Positions 28,786 to 38,075 of a DNA stretch of 64,000 nucleotides are shown here, one piece after another. The stretch covers positions 1,503 to 65,502 of the forward strand of contig CAZLUI010000004.1 of the NCBI GenBank assembly GCA_964562705.1, written 5' to 3'. Each line of letters opens with the position of its first letter. The first letter of the stretch is position 1. The DNA is from an uncultured Staphylococcaceae bacterium (GTDB lineage Bacteria; Bacillota_I; Bacilli_A; RFN20; CAG-826). A program made the translations under genes and the position numbers. Below the pieces are notes generated by a model. That model was not told where the DNA came from and made no database searches. It was given only the letters and a program-made list of their open reading frames with translations.

Positions 28786-31422
28786 ATGGCGAAACAATAC
28801 GTATTTAACTTCAAGGATGCCTACGGATTAGGCAAAGAACTCCTTGGAGGAAAAGGTGCTGGTCTTGCTGAGATGACACACATCAATGTGCCAATTCCAG
28901 AAGGATTTACCATCACCACAGAAGCTTGCACTCTATATTATGAGAGTGGCAAAAAGCTACCAGAAGATTTAATCAAAGAAATCTATGCTGGAATCGCTAG
29001 AGTTGAAAAAGAAACAGGCAAAAACTTTGGCGGAGCCCACAAACCTCTTCTTGTTTCAGTTCGTTCCGGCGCTCGTGTTTCAATGCCAGGTATGATGGAC
29101 ACCATCTTAAACCTTGGTTTAAATGACACAACAGTCGCTGCATTAATCAACGAGACAAAGAATGAGAGATTCGCTTGGGATAGTTATCGTCGCTTTATCT
29201 TAATGTTCACAAACATTGCTAAAGGACATCCACGTACCGAAATGGACAAGATGTTAGACGATTTAAAGGTCTCAAAAGGTTATACACTAGATACAGAAAT
29301 AACCGCTGCCGAACTCAAAGAATTAGTAGGCAAGTACAAAGCATATTATAAGAAAACATTTGGTGAAGAATTCCCATCTGATCCAAAAGTTCAATTAATT
29401 GAAGCTGTTACCGCTGTCTTCCGTTCATGGGATAACCCACGTGCAAACGTTTATCGTATGCAATACTCTATTCCATATTCATGGGGCACTGCTGTTAACG
29501 TTCAATCAATGGCTTTCGGTAATAAAGGCGAAACATCAGGAACAGGCGTCGCTTTCTCAAGAAACGCTGCTACTGGTGAAAAAGTTATTTCCGCTGAATA
29601 TTTACCAAACGCTCAAGGCGAAGACGTCGTTGCTGGTATCCGTACACCACTTCATATTGATGAATTAAAAAGACGTATGCCAGATGTCTATAGACAATTT
29701 GAAGAAACCATTAAAAACATGGAACTCCATTACCGCGATATGCAAGATATGGAATTCACAGTTGAAGAAGGAAAACTATACTTCTTACAAACACGTAATG
29801 GTAAACGTACTCCAGCCGCTGCCTTAAAGATGGCTTGCGACATGGTTGACGAAGGCTTAATTACAAAAGAAGAAGCAGTTTTAAGAATTGATCCAGTATC
29901 ATTCGATAAACTTTTACTTCCTAACTTCGATAAAGAAGACTTAGCTAAAGCTGCTGTAAGAAAAATCGGCGTTGGTAACCCAGCTGGCCCAGGAGCCGGT
30001 ACTGGTAAATTAGCCTTCACCGCTGAAAGCGCTCAAGCAAGACATGCAGCCGGAGAAAAAGTAATTCTTGTCCGTGCTGAAACTTCACCAGAAGACTTAA
30101 TTGGTATGATCGCTTCTGAAGGCATTCTCACCATGCGTGGTGGTATGACTTCACACGCTGCTGTAGTCGCTCGTGGTATGGGCAAATGCTGTGTCACCGG
30201 TTGTGCTGCTGCACTAATCAATGAAGAGAAAAAGACCCTCACCCTAAGTGGCAAAACATATGGCGAAGGCGATGTCATTTCTCTTGATGGCTCTACAGGA
30301 TCAGTCTACGAAGGTGACATTAAAAAAGTTGCACCTGATTTATCAAGCGGAGACTTTGGTCGTTTAATGGCTTGGGTTGATGCAGCAAGAACCTTAAAAG
30401 TTCGCGCAAACGCTGATACTCCAAGAGATGCTCACCAAGCTAAAATCTTCGGTGCTCAAGGTATTGGTCTATGCCGTACAGAACATATGTTCTTCGACAA
30501 AGAAAAAATCTTCCACTTCCGTAAGATGATTCTTGCTGAAACAAAAGAAGAAAGAGTTGCTGCACTAGCAGAAATCGAACCATTGCAACAAAAAGACTTC
30601 GAAGGTCTATTTGAAGAAATGGGTGAACTCAATGTAAACATTCGTTTACTAGATCCACCACTACACGAATTCCTTCCACAAGAAGAAGATAAGATTGACG
30701 AACTTGCCGAAGCAACAGGTCGCTCTGTCGAATTCATTAAGAAAAGAATTGAAGACCTCCACGAATTCAACCCAATGATGGGTCACCGTGGTTGTCGTCT
30801 TGCTGTTTCATATCCTGAAATTTGCGAAATGCAAACATCAGCTATTATCAAAGCAGCAATCAATGTATCAAAGAAACTTCACATCGATATTGAACCTGAA
30901 ATCATGGTACCACTCGTACTTGAAGTTAAGGAACTTCAATTCGTTAAGGGAATTATCGTTGCTACTGCAGACAAAATCATTAAAGCTGCTGGCATTAATA
31001 TGAAATATCACGTCGGTACAATGATTGAAATCCCGCGTGCAGCACTTCTCTCTGATGAAATTGCAAAAGAAGCAGAATTCTTTTCATTCGGCACAAACGA
31101 CTTAACTCAAATGACATTTGGTTTCAGCCGCGATGATGCCTCAAAGTTCTTACCAGATTACTATTCCAACAAGATTTTGGAAGAAGATCCATTTAAGACC
31201 CTCGACACTAAAGGTGTTGGCAAACTTATTAAGATGTCTGTTAATGATGGACGTTCAACAAGACCAAACCTCCACATTGGTGTCTGTGGCGAAACTGGTG
31301 GCGAGCCAAATTCAATCGAATTCTATCACAATGCTGGACTTGACTATGTGTCATGCTCACCATTCCGTGTTCCAGTTGCTCGTTTAGCCGCTGCTCAAGC
31401 TGCTATTAAAGCCAAAAAATAG
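28786..31422 (+). CDS. ppdK: pyruvate, phosphate dikinase
   Basis: 878 aa; N-terminus MAKQYVFNF...GGKGAGLAEM; phospho-His motif GGMTSHAAVVARGMGKCCV; RBS aggagg. Confidence 0.95.
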   Translation: MAKQYVFNFKDAYGLGKELLGGKGAGLAEMTHINVPIPEGFTITTEACTLYYESGKKLPEDLIKEIYAGIARVEKETGKNFGGAHKPLLVSVRSGARVSMPGMMDTILNLGLNDTTVAALINETKNERFAWDSYRRFILMFTNIAKGHPRTEMDKMLDDLKVSKGYTLDTEITAAELKELVGKYKAYYKKTFGEEFPSDPKVQLIEAVTAVFRSWDNPRANVYRMQYSIPYSWGTAVNVQSMAFGNKGETSGTGVAFSRNAATGEKVISAEYLPNAQGEDVVAGIRTPLHIDELKRRMPDVYRQFEETIKNMELHYRDMQDMEFTVEEGKLYFLQTRNGKRTPAAALKMACDMVDEGLITKEEAVLRIDPVSFDKLLLPNFDKEDLAKAAVRKIGVGNPAGPGAGTGKLAFTAESAQARHAAGEKVILVRAETSPEDLIGMIASEGILTMRGGMTSHAAVVARGMGKCCVTGCAAALINEEKKTLTLSGKTYGEGDVISLDGSTGSVYEGDIKKVAPDLSSGDFGRLMAWVDAARTLKVRANADTPRDAHQAKIFGAQGIGLCRTEHMFFDKEKIFHFRKMILAETKEERVAALAEIEPLQQKDFEGLFEEMGELNVNIRLLDPPLHEFLPQEEDKIDELAEATGRSVEFIKKRIEDLHEFNPMMGHRGCRLAVSYPEICEMQTSAIIKAAINVSKKLHIDIEPEIMVPLVLEVKELQFVKGIIVATADKIIKAAGINMKYHVGTMIEIPRAALLSDEIAKEAEFFSFGTNDLTQMTFGFSRDDASKFLPDYYSNKILEEDPFKTLDTKGVGKLIKMSVNDGRSTRPNLHIGVCGETGGEPNSIEFYHNAGLDYVSCSPFRVPVARLAAAQAAIKAKK

Positions 31423-31480
31423 TCTAAGACTATAAATTAAAACGTCTCAAGTTAATTCTTGGGACGTTTTTTAATTCGGA

Positions 31481-31741
31481 TTAGTTTGCTTTCATTAAGG
31501 CTTTGGAATCGAAGTGAAGATCGTTGGAACCATTCACATAGCCACCGACAACTCCACGAATATAGATGTCATAATTGTCTTCAATGTAGCCTACATATTC
31601 ATCTTGGATATAAATATCTCCTTCATCGGTCAAAGTTCCAAACCTATGACCATTGGCGAACATATCTCCATCTGGGCTAATATAGCCAACCAATTGATCA
31701 TCAATGTAGACATTTTTACCATAGCATTCTATGAATATCAT
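31481..31741 (-). CDS. small protein (86 aa) with three internal YI-D-x-VGYI repeats; its start overlaps the glmU stop by 4 nt
   Basis: Repeats YIDDQLVGYI / YIQDEYVGYIED / YIRGVVGGYV; translational coupling to glmU. Confidence 0.45.
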   Translation of the reverse strand: MIFIECYGKNVYIDDQLVGYISPDGDMFANGHRFGTLTDEGDIYIQDEYVGYIEDNYDIYIRGVVGGYVNGSNDLHFDSKALMKAN

Positions 31742-33144
31742 TTTTTAGATGCTTCCTTTTTAGCTTTCGCTCTAGCTTTAATAATATGGGAATATCCTTT
31801 TTTATTTTCTTGACGTGCTCTTGCAATAGCAAGCTCGTCGTTTTCAACATCTTTAGTAAGAACACTTCCAGCAGCAACAAACGCTTCATCCTTAACCTTA
31901 AGAGGAGCAATTATCACTGAACCAGAACCGATAAATACATCTTTTCCGATGCTAGTCTTGAATTTGTTATATCCATCATAATTTGCTGTGATGGTGCCAC
32001 AACCAATATTTGTTCTTTCCCCAATTTCACAATCTCCAAGATAAGTTAAGTGAGCCGCTTTAGCACCTTCATGAATATGAGAGGCTTTGATTTCAACGAA
32101 ATTGCCAACTTTTGAGTTTTTATCAACAATCGCGCCCGCTCTCATTCTGCAAAATGGTCCAATATGGTTGTTATCGCCAATTTGAGAGTCAATTAGATGA
32201 GACATGATAATTTCATTATCGTTACCTATTTTCATGTTATTAAGGAGGGAATCAGGACCAACGATATTGCGTTGTCCAATTATTGTTTCTCCTAAAAGAG
32301 TAACATTAGGTTTAATAATCGTATCAGGACCGATTTCGACATATGGACCGATATAAGTGTTATCTGGGTCTTCAATAGTGACTCCAGAAAGCATTAATTT
32401 ATCATTAATGCGTTTTTTCATTAATTTTGTAGCGTAGGCGAGTTGAACTCGATCATTAATTCCTAGCATCTCCTCATCACCACGCATAATTGAAACGCCA
32501 ACACGATGTCCCTCTTTAGCAAAAATTTCAATCAAATCAGTAAGATAATACTCACCAGCTTTATTGTTAGGTTTTAATTCATTTAAATATTTGTATAAAA
32601 GTTCGTTATCAAAAACATAAACACCAGTATTTACGACGTTAACTTTTTGTTCTTCTTCAGAGGCATCTTTTTGTTCAACAATTTTAACCAGTTTCCCATT
32701 TTCATCAATTATTAAACGACCATAGCCAAATGGGTTATCAATTTGAGCACCAAGAACAGTAAGTTTATTATTACTAGCAACATGGTCACTGAGCAGCTTT
32801 TCAAGCGTTTCACTCTTTAATAAAGGTGTGTCTCCACAAAGAATAATTGTTTCGCCTTTTTCGTTCTCAAGTTCGGGCCTAGTTTGCATAATTGCGTGGC
32901 CAGTACCTTTTTGTTCTCTTTGCCAGACAACAGCAGATTCGCCTTCAACAATCGTTTTGCTAGTTTCGCCACCAAACCCTACAATTGTAACAATCTTCTT
33001 TATGCCCAAAGGGATTAAAGAATTAAGGACATATTTGACGAGTGGGACACCAAGTATCTCGTAAGAAACTTTTGATTTATTTTCCAAAAGTGACTTCATT
33101 CTGGAGCCTTTTCCAGCGGCAAGAATTATTGCATAGCGGTTCAT
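31738..33144 (-). CDS. glmU: bifunctional UDP-N-acetylglucosamine pyrophosphorylase / glucosamine-1-phosphate N-acetyltransferase
   Basis: MNRYAIILAAGKGSRMKS; C-terminal left-handed beta-helix hexapeptide repeats; K-rich tail. Confidence 0.95.
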   Translation of the reverse strand: MNRYAIILAAGKGSRMKSLLENKSKVSYEILGVPLVKYVLNSLIPLGIKKIVTIVGFGGETSKTIVEGESAVVWQREQKGTGHAIMQTRPELENEKGETIILCGDTPLLKSETLEKLLSDHVASNNKLTVLGAQIDNPFGYGRLIIDENGKLVKIVEQKDASEEEQKVNVVNTGVYVFDNELLYKYLNELKPNNKAGEYYLTDLIEIFAKEGHRVGVSIMRGDEEMLGINDRVQLAYATKLMKKRINDKLMLSGVTIEDPDNTYIGPYVEIGPDTIIKPNVTLLGETIIGQRNIVGPDSLLNNMKIGNDNEIIMSHLIDSQIGDNNHIGPFCRMRAGAIVDKNSKVGNFVEIKASHIHEGAKAAHLTYLGDCEIGERTNIGCGTITANYDGYNKFKTSIGKDVFIGSGSVIIAPLKVKDEAFVAAGSVLTKDVENDELAIARARQENKKGYSHIIKARAKAKKEASKK

Positions 33145-34001
33145 TTCAATGTCCTCGTAAGATACACTTCGTATCCTTCTTTCTCATATTTTTTATATAA
33201 ACGTTTAACAAAATTATTATCTGTTGAAAGTCCGTACACAGCAGAGCCAGAGCCAGACATCATCACCATCTTTAAACCGTCTTTAAACAACATATCTTTT
33301 ACAATTTGGATCTCGTGGAGCATAGATAATGAAACTTTCTCAAGTGAATTGAACATGCTTTTAGCAAGCAACTCATCATCGCCACTTTTTAAAGCTTCAA
33401 TAACGTTATTGATGTTTCCGTGATCTAAAGTCATTGTATCAGCTTTTTCAAAAACATGTTTGGTTGATAACCCAGTTTTTGGTTTGATTATGATAACAAA
33501 ATATTGATGTTTTAAAGGGATTTCGGTAATTTTTTCTCCAATACCTTCGACTAATGCTGGCTTATTGAGTAAGCAGAAGGGGACGTCGGCGCCAATAGTT
33601 TTTGCAATGCAGTTCATTTTATCTGGTTCAATATTGAGTTTTAACATATTGTTAAAAGCTTTTAAAGTTGCCGCAGCGTTAGATGAACCTCCACCTAAAC
33701 CTGCTTGAATTGGTATCTCTTTATGGACATTGATATTAAAATTTTGTTTAAATTGATATAGGTCTCTCAATTTGTTAATAGTTGTATTAATCAAATTATA
33801 TTTAGTTTCTTGTAGGTCAACATGATCACATGTCACATAACTATCACATAGATATGGTAAAAATTCAATTTGAATAGAATCATGCAGTTCCAAAGGAAGC
33901 ATAATCATCTTCATTTCGTGGTATCCATCATCTCGTTTAGAAACGACATCAAGATAGACGTTTATTTTGGCGTAAGCTTTTACAAACATAATAGACCTCA
34001 C
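33141..34001 (-). CDS. ispE: 4-diphosphocytidyl-2-C-methyl-D-erythritol kinase
   Basis: AYAKINVYLDVVSKRDDGYHEM GHMP-kinase motif; synteny with ksgA. Confidence 0.9.
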   Translation of the reverse strand: MRSIMFVKAYAKINVYLDVVSKRDDGYHEMKMIMLPLELHDSIQIEFLPYLCDSYVTCDHVDLQETKYNLINTTINKLRDLYQFKQNFNINVHKEIPIQAGLGGGSSNAAATLKAFNNMLKLNIEPDKMNCIAKTIGADVPFCLLNKPALVEGIGEKITEIPLKHQYFVIIIKPKTGLSTKHVFEKADTMTLDHGNINNVIEALKSGDDELLAKSMFNSLEKVSLSMLHEIQIVKDMLFKDGLKMVMMSGSGSAVYGLSTDNNFVKRLYKKYEKEGYEVYLTRTLK

Positions 34002-34819
34002 ATAATTGTAGAGATGAAGTTTGAAGACTTCAATAAATTTAATAATTCTAAATAAAATTTAATATTTAGTTGTTCTGGGCGAGCCGAAAGAGAGGCTGAA
34101 CACTCTTCCAATAACTTGGTTGCTTCTTCTTTATTCCCTATCAAAGAAGCTAAACAATTCAAAATGGTTTTTCTTCTGTGCAGAAAGATTTTTGACATCA
34201 TTTTATATAAAGCTTCGTTTTCTTCATTTTTTATATTCTCGTTTGGAGTTAAAACAAAGTAAGCTGAATCGACATGAGGAATAGGTGCAAAGCTGTTTCT
34301 TCCAACATTTATGCAAGAAGAAATTGAGGAAACATAATTCAGCAAAAGAGTTAATGGAGTGACCTCTTTTTTATCTATCAATCTTGAATAAACTTCTTTT
34401 TGAACCATCAGCACAATAAGCTTCACATTTTTCGCATTCAAAAGTATGTATTCGATAATTCCTGAGGTGATGTAATACGGGAGATTGCCTACGATTTTTG
34501 AGTAATTCAAAATATCTTCTTTGAAGATATTTTGTCTCTTAACCATAATGTTCGCCCCGTTATCCAAATGTTCAGAAAGGAAATTGACCATGTTATCATC
34601 AACATCGATGAGAGTTATATGTCCTTTGCTCTTGGTTAAGAAGTAAGAAAGGGAACCTAAACCTGCACCAATCTCTAAGACATTATCGTCTTCATTAATG
34701 TCAAGTTTAGAAACGATACTTTCGGCTTTATCACTATCAATCAAAAAGTTTTGTCCTAACGACTTATTAGCCAATAACTTATAGCTTTTAACTAATTCAA
34801 AATATTCACTTTTGTTCAT
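33998..34819 (-). CDS. rsmA: 16S rRNA (adenine1518/1519-N6)-dimethyltransferase
   Basis: LGQNFLIDSDKAESIV; SAM-binding LEIGAGLGSLS. Confidence 0.95.
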   Translation of the reverse strand: MNKSEYFELVKSYKLLANKSLGQNFLIDSDKAESIVSKLDINEDDNVLEIGAGLGSLSYFLTKSKGHITLIDVDDNMVNFLSEHLDNGANIMVKRQNIFKEDILNYSKIVGNLPYYITSGIIEYILLNAKNVKLIVLMVQKEVYSRLIDKKEVTPLTLLLNYVSSISSCINVGRNSFAPIPHVDSAYFVLTPNENIKNEENEALYKMMSKIFLHRRKTILNCLASLIGNKEEATKLLEECSASLSARPEQLNIKFYLELLNLLKSSNFISTIM

Positions 34820-35345
34820 GAAGTAATTCTATCATTTCTTCTTTGCTTACATGCAAAGAATTTAGTCTTCTACAAAAAGTTTTCGCATTTGTATAACCTA
34901 AGCCCAGTTTTGTTGAAATATAATATCGTTTTTCAGCCGAATCCGGCTGTCCAGTTAAACCTAGATCAAATAAATCGGAGGATGTGACATCAGCTACTGC
35001 CATTGAATCAAATACCTTTATATCATCAAGAGCGTTAAGTACTTCATCAATATCACATTCAGCTACTCCAACTTTGCCGTGTTTTACAGCAAACTCTTTT
35101 CTGATGAAACAGTGTTTTAATCCATCTATATTTTGATCAAGAACATCTCTTATTCTTTTTCCTGGGGAATCTGGATCAGTCAGAACAACGACATCTTTAG
35201 TTTTAATTATTGTTTTAAGATATTCAACGGTTTCGAAAGGAATTTCAGATCCGTTTGTAATAACAAACTCGCAATCAATAAAATTTGATAGGTACTGGAC
35301 ATCGGATTTACCTTCAACAACAAGAACTGCATTGATTTTTTTCAT
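34806..35345 (-). CDS. rnmV: ribonuclease M5 (Toprim domain)
   Basis: INAVLVVEGKSDVQYL Toprim start; tatD-rnmV-ksgA synteny. Confidence 0.8.
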   Translation of the reverse strand: MKKINAVLVVEGKSDVQYLSNFIDCEFVITNGSEIPFETVEYLKTIIKTKDVVVLTDPDSPGKRIRDVLDQNIDGLKHCFIRKEFAVKHGKVGVAECDIDEVLNALDDIKVFDSMAVADVTSSDLFDLGLTGQPDSAEKRYYISTKLGLGYTNAKTFCRRLNSLHVSKEEMIELLHEQK

Positions 35346-36109
35346 AAATTAAATAATCTTTTAAAATTATTAGTTGATAGTTCTTCAACTTTGCAAGATT
35401 GAATACCTTTTTGAAAAGCAATTTCATCTCTTATATAAGATAAATATTTCGATTGATTTTCTTTTCCGCGGAAAGGGGTTGGAGTTAGATACGGCGCATC
35501 AGTTTCAAGAACAAAATAATCATTATCAATCAATTTTGCCACTTCTTTAGGCTTTACCGCATTTTTAAACGTGCAAGTACCGCCTATTCCAATTAAATAG
35601 CCAAGTTTTACAAAGTTTTTTGCCATTTCAGATGAACTAGAGAAGCAATGAATTATGCCTTTTCTATTAACCGGGTGTTCTTCGAGAATTTCTAAACAAT
35701 TTTCGTACCCATCACGACAATGAATTGAGACAGGAAGATTGTATTTGTTGGCGAGTTCTATTTGCTTTATAAAATACTCTCTTTGAGAGTATTTTAACTC
35801 TTCTGTTTTATCCCAATAGTAGTCAAGTCCTATCTCTCCAATTGCAATAACCTTTTTATGGGTAAGCAAAGCCTCAATTTTTGCCAAATCTCCATCTTCC
35901 ATATTTTTAACTTCAGCAGGTATAATGCCAACAGCGGCAAACACACCATCGAATTGTTCTGCGATTTCAACTGCCTTAAAAGAACTGGCGACATCATAAC
36001 CAACAACAAGCATAATTTCCACACCGTTTTCTTTGGCTTCTTTTACATATTCCTCTTCCTTGCCTAAAAAAGCCAAATCGTTAATATGACAATGTGAATC
36101 TATAAGCAT
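35342..36109 (-). CDS. tatD: TatD-family metal-dependent DNase/hydrolase
   Basis: MLIDSHCHINDL motif; start set at the internal Met, since the track ORF start would overlap mnmE by 38 nt. Confidence 0.85.
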   Translation of the reverse strand: MLIDSHCHINDLAFLGKEEEYVKEAKENGVEIMLVVGYDVASSFKAVEIAEQFDGVFAAVGIIPAEVKNMEDGDLAKIEALLTHKKVIAIGEIGLDYYWDKTEELKYSQREYFIKQIELANKYNLPVSIHCRDGYENCLEILEEHPVNRKGIIHCFSSSSEMAKNFVKLGYLIGIGGTCTFKNAVKPKEVAKLIDNDYFVLETDAPYLTPTPFRGKENQSKYLSYIRDEIAFQKGIQSCKVEELSTNNFKRLFNL

Positions 36110-36110
36110 A

Positions 36111-37424
36111 CTATTTACCAACGCAAAAACGAGAGAAAATTTCGTCACTCAAATCGTTTTTGTTTGATTCCCCCAATAATTCTAAAGCGGCGTTATAGGC
36201 CACCATTATGCTTGTTGATACTAAGTCTAATGGTTGATTACTTCTTGCATCTTCTAACGCAATATTCAATGTTCTTACAATGTTTCTCATTACGCCAAGT
36301 TGTCTTTCGTTATTAAACGATGGAGTAATCTGTAAATCATCAATATCCATAATCTCTTTAATCTTATTAATAAGATTAGAAATATCGTTATTCTTGGCTG
36401 AAATATATACTGAATTTGTTTTCTTCTCGTTTAAAAGATCTGATTTGTTATAAACAACAATATGCTTTTCATCTTTTACTAACTTATAAAGTTCGTTATC
36501 AAATCCGGTCTCATCAACAAGAAATAGAACTAAATCGCTTTTTTCAATGACTTGTTTTGCTTTATTTATGCCAATTTGTTCAACCAAATCGTTTGATTCC
36601 CGTAATCCTGCAGTGTCAAATAAATGAACTGGCACTCCAGAAATAGAAAAATCACCTTCAACAATATCGCGAGTTGTCCCTGCTATTGGGGTAACAATCG
36701 CTTTGTCTTCTTTCAAAAACGCATTCAACAAAGAAGATTTTCCAACATTTGGTTTACCAACGATTGCTATTTTGATGCCATTTTTAAAAACTAAGTGTTT
36801 GTTTCCGTTTGCAATTAATGAATTTAATTCATTAACAATTTCGTTACAGGAGTCGATTACACTCTCCCTTGAAGTTATCTCAATATCTTCATATTCTGGG
36901 TAATCAATATTAACTTCGATAGAAGCAAGTAATTCGCCAATTTTCTCTTTTATTGGTTTGAAAATAGCAGAATTATCACCCTTCAAAGCTAGAATTGATA
37001 AATCTTTAGCTTCTGCTGTGGTAGCGTTAATCATGTCATTAATAGCTTCAGCTTGTACAAGGTCGATTTTACCATGCAAAAAAGCCCGAGAAGAGAATTC
37101 CCCATTCGTCGCCATTCTCGCTCCATTTTCGAGTAATAACTTGATAATTTGGTTAACAATAATCATAGAGCCATGGCACATTATCTCTACTGAATCTTCT
37201 CCAGTAAAACTTTGTGGATGCACATATGTTACTAAAACTACTTGATCAACCGCTTTTTCGTCATCTTTAATATAGCCAAATATAACATCTCTTTTTGGAG
37301 ATATGGTCAAATCTTTGCTAAATATCTTTGAAACAACTTTAAAACAATCATCGCCAGATAAGCGAACGATGGCTAATGCGGATTTTAATGGTGGTGTTGC
37401 AAGTGCAACGATTGTTTCAAACAT
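36111..37424 (-). CDS. mnmE: tRNA modification GTPase MnmE (TrmE)
   Basis: MFETIVALATPP...; G-domain GKPNVGKSSLLNAF; C-terminal CVGK. Confidence 0.95.
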   Translation of the reverse strand: MFETIVALATPPLKSALAIVRLSGDDCFKVVSKIFSKDLTISPKRDVIFGYIKDDEKAVDQVVLVTYVHPQSFTGEDSVEIMCHGSMIIVNQIIKLLLENGARMATNGEFSSRAFLHGKIDLVQAEAINDMINATTAEAKDLSILALKGDNSAIFKPIKEKIGELLASIEVNIDYPEYEDIEITSRESVIDSCNEIVNELNSLIANGNKHLVFKNGIKIAIVGKPNVGKSSLLNAFLKEDKAIVTPIAGTTRDIVEGDFSISGVPVHLFDTAGLRESNDLVEQIGINKAKQVIEKSDLVLFLVDETGFDNELYKLVKDEKHIVVYNKSDLLNEKKTNSVYISAKNNDISNLINKIKEIMDIDDLQITPSFNNERQLGVMRNIVRTLNIALEDARSNQPLDLVSTSIMVAYNAALELLGESNKNDLSDEIFSRFCVGK

Positions 37425-37461
37425 AATCCTATTATATGAAAAATAGAGTTATAAAACTCTA

Positions 37462-38064
37462 TTAATCAACATATTTAATTGTTACAGCTCTATGTCGACC
37501 TTCACCGACAGATTCAGTTTTAATATGAGTAAAGTTTCCTAATGCGTTATGAATTATTCTTCTTTCATCACTTGGCATCGGATCGAGAACAACATCAATT
37601 TTTGTTCTTTGAACTTCTTTTGCAGCTTTGCGAGCAATAAAGGCAACACGTGAATATTTATTATCTTTATAATCGCCAATATCAAGAAGGATTCTAAAGC
37701 GACGGCGGAATTTTCCGCTTACCGCCAAACGAACAATGTCGTTAAGTGCTTGAAGCGTTGAACCATTTTTACCAATTAAAATTGGGTTATGGTTTGAATC
37801 AATTTCGATACGGATAATATCATCCTCAAGTGAAGCGTTTGTAGTAACATCTCCAACTCCTAATGATTCGATTACATCTTTGATGTAAGTACAAGCGTAT
37901 TCAATCGCATCATTTAATTCGTATACTTCAATTGTGGCTTTTTTAGCGAATAAGCCTTTCTTTTCTTCGATAACAGTGAAGACAACATCATCAGCTTCGA
38001 TGCCAAGTTCTTCGGCCGCTAATGCAACTGCCTCTTCAACAGTTTTTGCAGAATATTCTTTCAT
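37462..38064 (-). CDS. jag: Jag/KhpB RNA-binding protein (KH + R3H)
   Basis: MKEYSAKTVEEAVALAAEELGIEADDVVF; position between yidC and mnmE. Confidence 0.9.
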   Translation of the reverse strand: MKEYSAKTVEEAVALAAEELGIEADDVVFTVIEEKKGLFAKKATIEVYELNDAIEYACTYIKDVIESLGVGDVTTNASLEDDIIRIEIDSNHNPILIGKNGSTLQALNDIVRLAVSGKFRRRFRILLDIGDYKDNKYSRVAFIARKAAKEVQRTKIDVVLDPMPSDERRIIHNALGNFTHIKTESVGEGRHRAVTIKYVD

Positions 38065-38075
38065 TATAAATCTCC

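Noticed and set aside
31716-31910. 64-aa ORF overlapping the glmU 3' end
   Set aside because: It lies entirely within glmU in another frame and is basic low-complexity (LLLRLRMKRL). It is an artefact.
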